A DNA stretch of 63,189 bases, filler included, from an uncultured archaeon (GTDB taxonomy: Archaea > Nanobdellota > Nanobdellia > Woesearchaeales > CAIVOO01), in assembly GCA_903842985.1 (NCBI GenBank). It is 5 parts of 5 records of this genome, joined end to end, with 100 filler letters (N's around TTAATTAATTAA, not from the genome) between each part and the next. Parts side by side here need not be neighbours in the genome. Positions count along the whole stretch, not along the records: positions 44,187 to 59,934 come from CAIMOB010000040.1; positions 60,035 to 63,189 come from CAIMOB010000042.1; 3 more parts are not named here. The stretch is one strand, 5' to 3'. The position numbers and the translations under genes are program-made. Below the pieces are notes generated by a model. It was not told where the DNA came from and made no database searches. It saw only the letters and a list, made by a program, of their open reading frames with translations. Positions 50,092 to 60,185 of the stretch are shown one piece after another (within the stretch, counting starts at the first letter, position 1; the number at the start of each line of letters is the position of its first letter).

Positions 50092-50997
50092 CTATATCTT
50101 TTTGAATTTTACTGACTTTTGTATAGTATTCATATAACCGTAATTAAGCATTAAATTCAAGGTTGATGTGAACGCCTGGTTCTGTGCAATATTAAAAATG
50201 CATGTCAGTGTTGCTTTGCCATTAACCAAAATAAGCGGGCTTGGTGGTGAGCAGGTTGTCGGCAGGTTGCTTGTTCCAATTTTTATATCAGAATAATCTA
50301 TTCTGTCAATATCTGAATATTTTAAATCTAAACAATGCGTTATTGCATCTTTTAAATAAGCCTGACCATTTCCTGAATTTGAAATAGTCATCTTAAATAT
50401 TGCCTTGCCTGGCAATGATTCCTGCTGAACAGATGTTATTGCAAGCGGTGCGCCCTGGCTTCCTGCAGCAATTGCATGGGGTATGCATGCCTTTGCAATT
50501 ACGACGCCGTACGGGTCCGGATCTACGCAGATAGGCAGGCTTGCCTGTGTTTCATAATAATAGCAGGCTGCTACCATCAGATTAAATGAAAGCTCGTCTG
50601 TGCCTGGAGGAAGATTTACTACCCCAATTGCCTTGTTGAATTCTGTGAAACCGCCCTGTGTATTTTGCGTGCTTCTTCCTTCCAAAGAGCCAACTGAAGT
50701 TCGCGAGCTGTCAAGGTTCCTGAAAATATTTGGATCAAACCCCAGCAGATAAATATCTGGTGTTGCCGTGTATGCGCCTTCATTTTTTATATCCACAACA
50801 AGGTCGTAAGGCACTTCTGTTGAATCTGATTGAATAAACATTGAGGCAGGAGGAGTATTTTGAAGAAAGCTCATTGTTATGCCTTTTGTCCCTGTATGAG
50901 GCACCTGTGCTGTCTCTGCATTTTGCTTTCCAATCTGAAGACTGGTGCAGCCTGTAAGGAGAATAACAGCAATAAATAGCATAACTAGTTTTTTCAT
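50092..50997 (-). CDS. Lipoprotein, paralog 2 of 3
   Basis: LLTGC lipobox; GITMSFLQNTPP, NEGA, ACYYYET...ICVD, SQGAPLAIT, LNYGY. Confidence 0.75.
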   Translation of the reverse strand: MKKLVMLFIAVILLTGCTSLQIGKQNAETAQVPHTGTKGITMSFLQNTPPASMFIQSDSTEVPYDLVVDIKNEGAYTATPDIYLLGFDPNIFRNLDSSRTSVGSLEGRSTQNTQGGFTEFNKAIGVVNLPPGTDELSFNLMVAACYYYETQASLPICVDPDPYGVVIAKACIPHAIAAGSQGAPLAITSVQQESLPGKAIFKMTISNSGNGQAYLKDAITHCLDLKYSDIDRIDYSDIKIGTSNLPTTCSPPSPLILVNGKATLTCIFNIAQNQAFTSTLNLMLNYGYMNTIQKSVKFKKI

Positions 50998-51039
50998 TTT
51001 TATTTTTAATATATCCTCAATATATAAATTTTTCTTATT

Positions 51040-52038
51040 TTAGTCAACTGGAGTATGTAATGATGGGTTTTTTATTATTGAAATTGATTTTGATATTGTT
51101 TGGGTATAGCCATAGGTAAGGTTTATTACCAGAGTTGTCTGGTAGGCAACTGCTGACATTATCGAACTGGTGTATACACATCTTACATAATCTTCGTCGC
51201 TTTTAAGCTTCATTGGAATAGGTGTGCATTCAAATTGGCCGTTTTCCTCGCCGCCAAGGCTCAGTGTTATGTCAACAATGTTCCACAAATCCTTTTTATC
51301 TTCAGGGGTTATTTTCGGGCTGCAGGCAAGCCCAATCTTTTCCTTGTTGATGACCTCTCCGCTGCCTTTATTTTTTATGTATATTTTGAATTCTGGCTTT
51401 ACTGTGTTCCCGCCGGACGGAAGCATTGCCGATTCTATTTTTGTTATCGCGACCGGCGCACCCTGGCTCGTGAATGTCAAATCCTTCACAGTGCACGGCT
51501 TTACCCCTCCTGTTTCATATGGGTTTGTGTCTATGCAGACTGCTGCTGATTGGACAGTTGAATAATCATAGCATGAAATGATTTGCAAAAGCGAGTCGTG
51601 CTTTTCACTGAGCTCATCAAGCATTTTTGTTTTCAGCTTGTTTGTGAACATCTTCTGCTCGCCAGCGGGATTTTGGATTGACTTTCCATTTAATACAAAA
51701 CTTGTTGTTTTTTCTTGTGTAGAAAAAAGATCATCTACTGTCCAGCCTCCGTTAGGCGCAAGTTCGACATAATCCTCTTCATAAGCGAGCATAAGGTAGC
51801 CCTGCTTTATGTCTGATGCGCCCTTGTTGGCGAGCGTTGCAGAAAATTCAAAAATTCCTTCATAGCCGCCCTGTCCGCTCTCATAAACACTTGTCGGCGG
51901 AGTTCCCTGCACAAAGTTCATAACCAGCCCGTCTGTTCCTGTTCTAATGTCTGTATCTATTGCTGATTTTTTTGATGGAATAAGTGTGCACGAACTAAAG
52001 ATGAATGCAATCAATGCTATTAAAATTATTTTTTTCAT
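51040..52038 (-). CDS. Lipoprotein, paralog 1 of 3
   Basis: IFSSC lipobox-like; GLVMNFVQGTPP.SVY, NKGA.D, SCYDYST...VCID, SQGAPVAIT, LTYGY. Confidence 0.75.
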   Translation of the reverse strand: MKKIILIALIAFIFSSCTLIPSKKSAIDTDIRTGTDGLVMNFVQGTPPTSVYESGQGGYEGIFEFSATLANKGASDIKQGYLMLAYEEDYVELAPNGGWTVDDLFSTQEKTTSFVLNGKSIQNPAGEQKMFTNKLKTKMLDELSEKHDSLLQIISCYDYSTVQSAAVCIDTNPYETGGVKPCTVKDLTFTSQGAPVAITKIESAMLPSGGNTVKPEFKIYIKNKGSGEVINKEKIGLACSPKITPEDKKDLWNIVDITLSLGGEENGQFECTPIPMKLKSDEDYVRCVYTSSIMSAVAYQTTLVINLTYGYTQTISKSISIIKNPSLHTPVD

Positions 52039-54329
52039 GCGAACTTGTCCTTAAAATTTGAGTAGTAGCCCATAACATTTGAAACATACTTGTTTATCTC
52101 GTCCACTTTTGCCTGTCTTTTTTGGTCGTCCCAGCATTGCCCTGCGCTCCAGCAGCTGTTGTAGTCATCCATTGTTTTTAAAAGGCTTGGGGTCAGTTGT
52201 TTTGAGGCATCTTCCCACGTCGGATTAGGGCCTGCATTTGCCATGGCTTTTAGTATCAGCCCTTCTCCCCCATTATAAGAGGCTGCGATGAAGTATTCCT
52301 TGTATCCCTCTCTTGCAGATACAAATTTGTTTCTTAAGGTAGCCAGATATTCTGAACCTGCCTTAATTGATTTTTCCGGGTCGGTTCTGTAATCGTATGT
52401 TCTGCATGCCTCATCCCCGCAAAGCTTGTATAATGCAGCTGTTGCTTTGCAGAACTGCAGCAGCCCTGTGCATCCTGTCGGCGATGTTGCTGTCGGATCA
52501 AGTGCAGGGTCCTCTGCAGCCATTACTGAGGCAACAAGCGCATGCTGCTCTTTTGTTCCTGTCTGGCTTTCAATGATTTGCTTGTATGTCTTGTCATTGG
52601 ATTTCTTTTCCTCTAGCGATTTTAAAAACTCCTCAGGATTTTTAACTGGCTGAAGCACTGTTGGCGGCTTTGCATATGAGTAAAGCCCTGTTTTAACCTG
52701 CACAGATAGTGTTTTCGAAGTTTCATAATCATAATTTACTGTTGCCTTGAAGTATCTTGTTGTGATTGGCGTAGTGCCAAGGATTTTGTCAACATCAGAT
52801 ATTGTCAGCATGCATTTGAATGTCTGGAACCCCCTTATTTCCTGCTGCTCCTTCAAATGCAGTATTGATGGGTCTTTTTCGTCAAGCTTGTACGCCACAT
52901 ACCCCTCTTGTTTTTCTGTTGAGTTTGGAGTGTACAGCTCAAACTTATTGCTGCAGTCTCCCACGTCATCAATTTTGCCGGGAGCTCCTGTGTTTATTGT
53001 AAATCCTTCTGGAATGAAAATTGTAAGGTCTTTAATGTCACGAAGCTTCCCTTCCCATCTGTTGCTTATTGTCAACCCGAATGCAGGCGGAATTGCCTCG
53101 ATATCTATTCCTATCGGAGGTGTTGAAATGTCCATGCCAATCATGACTGGTCCATTGGTGTATATTGCAACTGGTGTTTTGTCTGTTATTTTATACTGTG
53201 TTAATGGGTCTATTCCCTCCCTTTGCATAGACCTTAATTTATTCCTGTCCATAAAATAAGCTTTCATGTAAGACATTGTTGGAAAATTAAAGACTGCGCT
53301 GACTTTAACTGTGTGGCTGCCTACAGGCATGTCTGAAATCCTGCATTCTATGTCCTGCTCTTCCAAAGAAAATATCGTAAAGCTTGTTCTTTGATTGCCA
53401 AGCTCGTTGCCAAGCATCATTTTGCCTAGATATTTTTCATTGTCTGCAGAGCATGAAGGAGTTATTGTAACTTCCTTATCTATTGTTTTCGCCTTTACAG
53501 TTGCCCATACTGCTGCCTCTTCTCCTTCATAAAAAAATGCATCTGTTGATTGAAGATTTTCAATATAAACGCCGAGTGGTTCTGCCTTGTTCTGCTCAAC
53601 TTGCCCCATATAATAGTCTCCTGCCGCATATGCAACCTGCGTCTGCCAGAGTTTTGAGATTACTTGAGGGAAATCTTTTGCATTTTTAACTACTTCTTGC
53701 GCAACTATGCCAATTTTTCCCACAAGCCCCACATTTGCTGTGAGCTGCTCAGACGTTATCCCCATATCATTTAGGATTGAATTGACGCTGCCTGTCAGGA
53801 TTATAAATGTTATAAAAGAGACAATGTATAAAAAAAGAAGAATTTGTGCGAATTTTGACTGAGATGATGCCTGAAGCAATAGAACTACAAACCAGATTGG
53901 AACCGCCACTATAAAAAACTGAAGCACACCTATGTTTGACAGGAAAGGGGTGTTAAGCACAACAAGCGGAAGTGCAAATGCCAGCAGCGAAAGAATTGCT
54001 GCTTCTTTCAGCCCAACATATCTCGCTGCCACAGCCCAGCTAAGTACAATTATATAAAATAAAAACCTAATAAGCCAAGGCATTGTAAACCCAAAAAAGA
54101 CATCCATCGTATGAAATGCCAGAAGAATTATCAGAAAAATTCCGACGCCAGAAAAGTTTCTTGTAACTGCGCCTGCTGTTGATTTTCCAGCTCCCCACAT
54201 CTTTGACCCCAATGAAGAAAATACTGACCCTATTGCTTTTGCAGTTTCTTTTGCCGTATTTTTTTGTTCTGGTTGATTTATTATAATTGTTGGTTCCTTA
54301 CCTTCCTTTTTATCTTCATTACCGGGCAT
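52035..54329 (-). CDS. Multi-pass membrane protein with extracellular beta domains and C-terminal lytic transglycosylase (SLT/GH23) domain
   Basis: About 5 TM helices; VASVMAAEDP...ATSPTGCTGLLQF, DPEKSIKAGSEYL, AASYNGG, EINKYVSNV. Confidence 0.85.
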   Translation of the reverse strand: MPGNEDKKEGKEPTIIINQPEQKNTAKETAKAIGSVFSSLGSKMWGAGKSTAGAVTRNFSGVGIFLIILLAFHTMDVFFGFTMPWLIRFLFYIIVLSWAVAARYVGLKEAAILSLLAFALPLVVLNTPFLSNIGVLQFFIVAVPIWFVVLLLQASSQSKFAQILLFLYIVSFITFIILTGSVNSILNDMGITSEQLTANVGLVGKIGIVAQEVVKNAKDFPQVISKLWQTQVAYAAGDYYMGQVEQNKAEPLGVYIENLQSTDAFFYEGEEAAVWATVKAKTIDKEVTITPSCSADNEKYLGKMMLGNELGNQRTSFTIFSLEEQDIECRISDMPVGSHTVKVSAVFNFPTMSYMKAYFMDRNKLRSMQREGIDPLTQYKITDKTPVAIYTNGPVMIGMDISTPPIGIDIEAIPPAFGLTISNRWEGKLRDIKDLTIFIPEGFTINTGAPGKIDDVGDCSNKFELYTPNSTEKQEGYVAYKLDEKDPSILHLKEQQEIRGFQTFKCMLTISDVDKILGTTPITTRYFKATVNYDYETSKTLSVQVKTGLYSYAKPPTVLQPVKNPEEFLKSLEEKKSNDKTYKQIIESQTGTKEQHALVASVMAAEDPALDPTATSPTGCTGLLQFCKATAALYKLCGDEACRTYDYRTDPEKSIKAGSEYLATLRNKFVSAREGYKEYFIAASYNGGEGLILKAMANAGPNPTWEDASKQLTPSLLKTMDDYNSCWSAGQCWDDQKRQAKVDEINKYVSNVMGYYSNFKDKFA

Positions 54330-54350
54330 CTTAAAACAGAAAACCTCTTT

Positions 54351-55544
54351 TTATTCGTAAGTTACTTTCAAATCGATTATTTCAAGATTCGCGGACGGGA
54401 TTATCTTGATTGCATTATTGTCCTGCTTCACAAAATCACTTAGGTCCTTTATGAATTCCTTCTTGGTTGTGTCCAGGCTTGTTTTTATCCCGTTAATTCT
54501 TAATTCTGCTCTTTTACTTTCAAAATCATCTGTAAACAGCATTCTCAGCTTTATCTTCTTTGTGCCTTGTGTTATTTTGTCAAATCTTTTTGATGATAAG
54601 TCAAAGTAATATGTCGGATAAACTGGCTCTTTCAACTTCAGCTTTACAAGTAGGTTATCAAGTGTGTAATAAGCTGTTGTTGGGCCTGCAAACTTTGTCC
54701 TGAACTCCATTGAGTTCTCCCCACTTATCAGTATTGCTGGGTCAAATTCCTGCTGTACATAGTCGCCGCAAAGCGGAAGCTGTGAATAAATCAAATGGTT
54801 ATTTATCGACACTTCAAGCTTGTCAAGCTCAAGTTTTTTGTCGCAGCTGACATAGAATCTTGCTGTGCTCTGATCAAGATTATTTATCTCTGTTGATGAG
54901 ATTATGAAATTTGTTTTTGACGCCTGTTTTGTGATGTCTGTTATGTCTGCCAGAACCTGAACATTCGAAAGCTCGTAAGCATTTGTTGACCAGAATTTAA
55001 TTCCGACAGATGAAACTGAAAACACAAGCTTGTTCTGGTCTTTTATGTCTGACTTATCAAGATTAATTACAACATTTGCCTCTTTTATCTCTTTGTCATA
55101 TATCAATTTATCATTTAGCTTCACCATTAAGTTTCCCTGTGCCTTGTCCAGATTAAAGTTAAGCATGAAATTATCTGAGTTTTTCAAATCAGAGACAGGG
55201 AATATCATCTCATATGTTTGTGTGGCAAACCAGCTGTTCTTGACTGTTATGAAATCCTGTTTTTTAACAACTGCTGATCCTGTCTTTATGTAAAGCGAAA
55301 ATGAAGGTATTGATTTCTCATACTCTGTTGTTGGAAGATACTCCAACAGCATAGGATGCTCCAAAAGCAGCGTGATGTTACCTTCGGTTGTTCCTCCCGT
55401 TTCTGAAGTTTCGTTTACTGTCTGATTGTAAAGAAGGCGCTCTCTTTCAGAAGGAGGCAGAAACAATATGTACAGTATAATGAGACCCATTATAATCGCT
55501 ACAAGCATCGCTGCCTTTGAGCCGCTCTGGCTTTTTTTATTCAT
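54351..55544 (-). CDS. Prepilin-like membrane-anchored beta-rich protein
   Basis: MNKKS|QSGSKAAMLVAIIMGLIILYILF. Confidence 0.7.
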   Translation of the reverse strand: MNKKSQSGSKAAMLVAIIMGLIILYILFLPPSERERLLYNQTVNETSETGGTTEGNITLLLEHPMLLEYLPTTEYEKSIPSFSLYIKTGSAVVKKQDFITVKNSWFATQTYEMIFPVSDLKNSDNFMLNFNLDKAQGNLMVKLNDKLIYDKEIKEANVVINLDKSDIKDQNKLVFSVSSVGIKFWSTNAYELSNVQVLADITDITKQASKTNFIISSTEINNLDQSTARFYVSCDKKLELDKLEVSINNHLIYSQLPLCGDYVQQEFDPAILISGENSMEFRTKFAGPTTAYYTLDNLLVKLKLKEPVYPTYYFDLSSKRFDKITQGTKKIKLRMLFTDDFESKRAELRINGIKTSLDTTKKEFIKDLSDFVKQDNNAIKIIPSANLEIIDLKVTYE

Positions 55545-55596
55545 AACTGCTGAATAAATAAGAATATATATAAATGTTTTTCTATTTTAAGCGCCC

Positions 55597-56646
55597 ATGA
55601 AGGTTATTTATAAGGATTTCAAGAAAGGAGAGGTAAAGGTAAAAATAGACAGTGCAGATGACCTTTGGTTTTTAAGTGCGCTGGTGGAGCAGTCTGACAT
55701 AGTTTATGGAAGGGCTGAAAGAAAGATTAAAATCGGTGAAAGTGAGAAATCTGTTAAAAAGTCCATTTCTGTTGCAATATCTGTTGAAAAGGTTGAGTTT
55801 GACCCTTACGCAGGCGCGCTCAGGGTGAACGGAAAGGTTGTTGAAGGTTCTGAAGACGTTCCAAAAGGTGTGCATCAGACAATTGAAGTTGAAGAAAATT
55901 CAATAATAAAGGTAACAAAGGAGAGATGGTTTGAGTACCAGAAAAAAAGGCTTGAGGAAGCCACGAAAAACCTGAGCCTGAATGTCCTTATTGTGGTGTT
56001 TGACAGGGAAAATGCAATTTTCGCCCTGCTTAAGAAATATGGCTATGATGTGCTTTCGAGCATTGAAGGCGATGTTGAGAAGAAAGGAGTGCCAAAACAG
56101 AAGGAAAGCACATTTTTTTTGGACATAGTAAAACAGATTAAGCTTTACGACGACAGGCTTGATTTTTACAAAATTGTTGTTGCCAGCCCCGCATTCTGGA
56201 AAGAGGAGATTGTAAAACTGATAAAAGATAGCAAACTCAAGGAAAAGATTGTGTCTGCTTCGTGCAACTCAGTCAGTAAAAATGGGATTGATGAGGTATT
56301 GAAAAGAGGCGAGATAAAAACTGTCCTGAGGGAAGAAAGGGCTGTGAGGGAGATGAACCTTGTTGAAGAGCTTCTTGGCGAGATAGGAAAGAACGGCCTC
56401 GCGGGGTATGGCATTGATGAAGCTGAAAATCTCGCAAATGCCAGCAATGTGAGGGTCCTGCTTGTTACAGACAAATTCATAAAATCAAACAGGCTGGAAA
56501 AAACATTTGACAGGATTGACAGCCTAATGAAAGCTGTTGATAAAATTAAGGGAGAGATTCATGTAGTGAGCTCTGAGCATGAAGGCGGTAAAAAACTTGA
56601 CGGGCTTGGCGGGATTGCTGCACTGATGCGCTACAAGAATTACTGA
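55597..56646 (+). CDS. pelA: mRNA surveillance protein Pelota (aDom34)
   Basis: DDLWFL, LRVNG, HQTIEV, VASPAFWK, HEGGKKLDGLGGIAALMRY. Confidence 0.93.
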   Translation: MKVIYKDFKKGEVKVKIDSADDLWFLSALVEQSDIVYGRAERKIKIGESEKSVKKSISVAISVEKVEFDPYAGALRVNGKVVEGSEDVPKGVHQTIEVEENSIIKVTKERWFEYQKKRLEEATKNLSLNVLIVVFDRENAIFALLKKYGYDVLSSIEGDVEKKGVPKQKESTFFLDIVKQIKLYDDRLDFYKIVVASPAFWKEEIVKLIKDSKLKEKIVSASCNSVSKNGIDEVLKRGEIKTVLREERAVREMNLVEELLGEIGKNGLAGYGIDEAENLANASNVRVLLVTDKFIKSNRLEKTFDRIDSLMKAVDKIKGEIHVVSSEHEGGKKLDGLGGIAALMRYKNY

Positions 56647-58019
56647 GTTTTCTCAAATCTTTTTATAAGAATCTGCATCGCCCTTGCGACCCTTTTCGGG
56701 TCCTGAAAATTCGGGATGTTGCTTGCCTCAAGAAGATTGATCCCCTTCCTGACATTCTCGCCGCCCATAAAACAGCAGATAATTGGCTTGTCTGGATATT
56801 TGTGGTGCGCGTCTATGACTACGCGTGCGTTTCTTTCGGGATTTGTCATTGTCTGCAGCGTCTGTATCACGACCAGGCCGCCAATGTGCTTCTCTTCAAG
56901 AATTATGTTGATTGCTGCTTCGTACCTTTCAGGAAGCGCATCCCCAATAATATCCAATGGGTTTCTTCTTGAGTATGCAGGATGCATCAGTCCTGTCTTG
57001 TCAAGTTTTTTGATTGTTGATTTTTCAAACTCAGGAACATTTATGCCAAGCTCCTGGCAGTAATCTGCGCACAAGACACCGACTCCGCCGCCGTTAGTGA
57101 TTATTGCTATGTCCCCCCTGCACGGCTTTTGCTTTGCAAGCGTTTTTGCTATGTCAAATAGCTCTTCGATTGAATCTGCAATTTCGATTCCGCATTGTTT
57201 GAATGCTGCCTCATATGTTTTGTATGCTGTGGCAAGCTTTCCTGTATGCGAGCTTATTGCCTTCAGCCCGTTTTCAGCCCTGCCTGCCTTCAAAACAACA
57301 ATTGGCTTTGTTTTGTTAACCCTCTCTGCGATTTTCATGAATTTCGCGCCGTCGTCTATTCCTTCAACATAAAGTGCAATTACTTTTGTGTTTTCGTCTG
57401 TTGAAAGCAGTTCAATAAAATCAGCAGTATCCATATCTGCCTGGTTGCCTGTGCTTATTATTGTGCTAAGTCCGTATTTTTCTGTAATCGCCCAGTCAAT
57501 TATGCTGTCTGCCAGCGCGCCTGACTGCGTGATAAATGCAACATCCCCAACAGGAGGCATGCTTGGCGCGAAGCTTGCATTCATCTTGCTTGTAAGTATC
57601 CCAAGGCAGTTTGGTCCAATCAGCCTGATTTTTCCTTTCGCTGCCTCCAGCAGTTTTTCCTGCAGTTTTTTGCCTTCTTCGCCGTCTTCGGCAAAGCCAG
57701 ATGAGATTATTATTGCTGCCCTGACCTTCTTTTTTATGCAGTCCTTGATAACCTGCAGAACAAGTTTTGAAGGAACGCAGATTATTGCCAAGTCCACTTC
57801 ATCATTTACGTTTTTTATGTTTGGATGGCATTTAATGTTAAGTATCCAGTCGGCGTTTGGGTTTACTGCGTAAACCTTGCCCTGGAACGGCCTGCAGTAT
57901 TCGCTGTGAAAAACGCCGCCGCTTATCAGATTTTTAAGGATGCCAAAACCAACTGAATTTTTATCCCTTGACGCACCGATTACCGCTATTGTCCTTGGGT
58001 TTAAAATTGCGTTTTGCAT
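56640..58019 (-). CDS. acdA: Acetate--CoA ligase (ADP-forming) alpha subunit
   Basis: IAVIGAS, ISSGFAE, IGPNCLG, TQSGA, SSHTG (phospho-His), NPLDIIGDA. Confidence 0.9.
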   Translation of the reverse strand: MQNAILNPRTIAVIGASRDKNSVGFGILKNLISGGVFHSEYCRPFQGKVYAVNPNADWILNIKCHPNIKNVNDEVDLAIICVPSKLVLQVIKDCIKKKVRAAIIISSGFAEDGEEGKKLQEKLLEAAKGKIRLIGPNCLGILTSKMNASFAPSMPPVGDVAFITQSGALADSIIDWAITEKYGLSTIISTGNQADMDTADFIELLSTDENTKVIALYVEGIDDGAKFMKIAERVNKTKPIVVLKAGRAENGLKAISSHTGKLATAYKTYEAAFKQCGIEIADSIEELFDIAKTLAKQKPCRGDIAIITNGGGVGVLCADYCQELGINVPEFEKSTIKKLDKTGLMHPAYSRRNPLDIIGDALPERYEAAINIILEEKHIGGLVVIQTLQTMTNPERNARVVIDAHHKYPDKPIICCFMGGENVRKGINLLEASNIPNFQDPKRVARAMQILIKRFEKTQ

Positions 58020-58663
58020 TATTCCACCATTATTTTAAAGTCTGCCGCAACAGCCTCTTTTTGATTAACTATGACTGGGTTCAGGTCAATTTCTGAAATA
58101 TTTTTGTTGGCTGTAACTAACTTTGAGACATTCACAATTATTTTTTTTAATTCCTCAATATTTACTTCTTTTTCGTCCCTTGCGCCTTTCAGAATCTGGT
58201 AGCCTTTTATCTCCTTTATCATCTCTTCAGCATCCTTTTCATTGACAGGAACTATTCTAAGGGAAACATCTTTGAAAATTTCAACAAATATCCCGCCAAG
58301 GCCGAACAGCAGAACATGATTAAACTGCGGGTCTTTTTTCACACCAATTATCACTTCTTTTCCAAATTTGACTTCCTGGAGGATAACTCCCTTTACCCTG
58401 GCTTTTGGCATTTTTTTCCTTGTGTTCTTGATGACTTGATTGTATGCTTCAAGCAGCTGCTCCTCCTTTTCAACTTTTTTAACTGCACCAATGTCTGTTT
58501 TGTGCGCCAAATCCGGAGAATTCACCTTGATAAATAGTGGATAGCCTGTAATTTTTGCGGCGTTGAAAAGCTCTTTTTTCGAGTTAACAAGCTTTGTTTT
58601 TGGAATGGGTATCTTGTTCTTTGCAAGAATGCTTATAATCTTGTCTGTCGGTAGCAGTTTCAT
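58019..58663 (-). CDS. acdB: Acetate--CoA ligase (ADP-forming) beta subunit (ATP-grasp)
   Basis: GYPL.IK..S..LAHKTDIGAV, EVIIG...DPQF, FGLGGIFVE.FKDVS, EIDLNP. Confidence 0.9.
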   Translation of the reverse strand: MKLLPTDKIISILAKNKIPIPKTKLVNSKKELFNAAKITGYPLFIKVNSPDLAHKTDIGAVKKVEKEEQLLEAYNQVIKNTRKKMPKARVKGVILQEVKFGKEVIIGVKKDPQFNHVLLFGLGGIFVEIFKDVSLRIVPVNEKDAEEMIKEIKGYQILKGARDEKEVNIEELKKIIVNVSKLVTANKNISEIDLNPVIVNQKEAVAADFKIMVE

Positions 58664-58886
58664 CTCCTTTAAAGAACTTTTGACTTAGTATAAATATTTT
58701 TTGGCTGTTTTTTTGTCTACCGAGAAGTGTAAAAACAATTTTTTATTGTATTAGGACAAAAAGTATGGAAAAATTTAAATAGTAGCTATAATTAATCACT
58801 CTCCAAGGGGTGTTTTAGCTTTAGACGATTTTTGTCACTTTAAAGTTAAACATCATACAATAAAAGAGGCAAAGGGGGTTTTAGAA

Positions 58887-59696
58887 ATGATTGTTAAAGA
58901 AGAATTTTTAGCCAAATTAAGAAGGTATTTCTCATTGAACTTGTATGAAGTAAAAATATGGACTGCTCTACTTTCCAGAGGGGTTTCAACAGCAGGCGAA
59001 TTGTCTGATATCGCAAATGTTCCAAGATCAAGAAGCTACGATGTTCTTGAATCACTAGAAAAAAAAGGGTTTGCAATAACAAAACTTGGCAAGCCGATAA
59101 AATACATTGCTGTACCTCCAACAGAAGTTGTTGAAAGGGTCAAGAAAAATGTTGAGGAAGAGTCAAAAGACAGGGTTAAGCGTCTTGAAGATTTGAAAGG
59201 GACTGAAGTTGTGACTGAGTTGAATCAGCTGCACACACAGGGAATAGAGCTTGTTGATCCTGCGGATCTTTCGGGTTCTTTGAGGGGAAGGCATAACCTG
59301 TACAACCACCTTGAACTTACAATAAAGAATGCAGAGAAGACAGTTACAATGATGACAACAACCCAGGGCCTGATGAGGAAGCTTGAGGGATTCAAGCCAG
59401 TCTTTGAGAAGCTGAAGAAAAAGGGAGTGAAGATAAGAATAGCTGCTCCTTTGTCAAAGGAAACCAACAATTTGGTGAAGGAACTGGGCAATACTGTAGA
59501 AATAAGGCATACTGACAGCAAGGCAAGATTTGTTGTTGTTGATGGAAAGGAGATTGTGTTTATGGTTATGGACGACGCAGAAGTTCATCCAACCTATGAT
59601 GTTGGAATCTGGGTAAACACGCCTTTCTTTGCAAACGCGCTTGAAAGTTTATTTGATACTTCCTGGAAAAACATGAAGCCAGTTGGCACCAAATAA
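58887..59696 (+). CDS. trmB: TrmB-family transcriptional regulator
   Basis: LNLYEVKIW.ALL...TAGELSDIANVPRSRSYDVLESLEKKGF; C-terminal ARFVVVDGKE. Confidence 0.9.
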   Translation: MIVKEEFLAKLRRYFSLNLYEVKIWTALLSRGVSTAGELSDIANVPRSRSYDVLESLEKKGFAITKLGKPIKYIAVPPTEVVERVKKNVEEESKDRVKRLEDLKGTEVVTELNQLHTQGIELVDPADLSGSLRGRHNLYNHLELTIKNAEKTVTMMTTTQGLMRKLEGFKPVFEKLKKKGVKIRIAAPLSKETNNLVKELGNTVEIRHTDSKARFVVVDGKEIVFMVMDDAEVHPTYDVGIWVNTPFFANALESLFDTSWKNMKPVGTK

Positions 59697-59760
59697 TTTT
59701 TTTCTTTTATTATTAATATAAAAGCGAATATTTTTAAATAATTATCAAATACGTGCATAT

Positions 59761-59934
59761 ATGAACATAAAACTGTTAATTGAGGGGTTAAGCGGTTCTG
59801 AAAGAAAAATACTGCCATTCCTTTCTAAATATTCAAGTGTGGCTGATATTGTAAGGGTTTCTGGATTAAAGGAAATTGAGGTTATGCGGGCGTTGCAGTG
59901 GCTTGAAAACAAAAAGGCGGTTGAACTGGAGAGC
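59761..59934 (+). CDS. pheS: Probable phenylalanine--tRNA ligase alpha subunit N-terminus (wHTH), truncated
   Basis: LS..ERKILPFL...SGL..IEVMRALQWLENK resembles the archaeal PheRS-alpha N-terminal domain; only 58 aa visible. Confidence 0.5.
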
Positions 59935-60034
59935 NNNNNNNNNNNNNNNNNNNNNNNNNNNNNNNNNNNNNNNNNNNNTTAATTAATTAANNNNNNNNNN
60001 NNNNNNNNNNNNNNNNNNNNNNNNNNNNNNNNNN
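59935..60034. other. Artificial contig linker
   Basis: 100-bp N run with TTAATTAATTAA. Confidence 0.97.
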
Positions 60035-60185
60035 AGAGAACATTTAAAAAACCTAAAAACCAATAATAGATAAGAAAAAGAGGGTAAAATCAAAAAGCAG
60101 ACTAAAGCTTCGCTTTGGCCACAGAAGCTTTTTGATATTCAGAAATTAAAAATTTCTGACTGTTCTTTTTGTAAACAAAAATAAC

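Noticed and set aside
18248..60034. Four identical TTAATTAATTAA motifs inside N runs
   Set aside because: Artificial six-frame-stop contig linkers, not biological repeats; gene order across them is not interpreted
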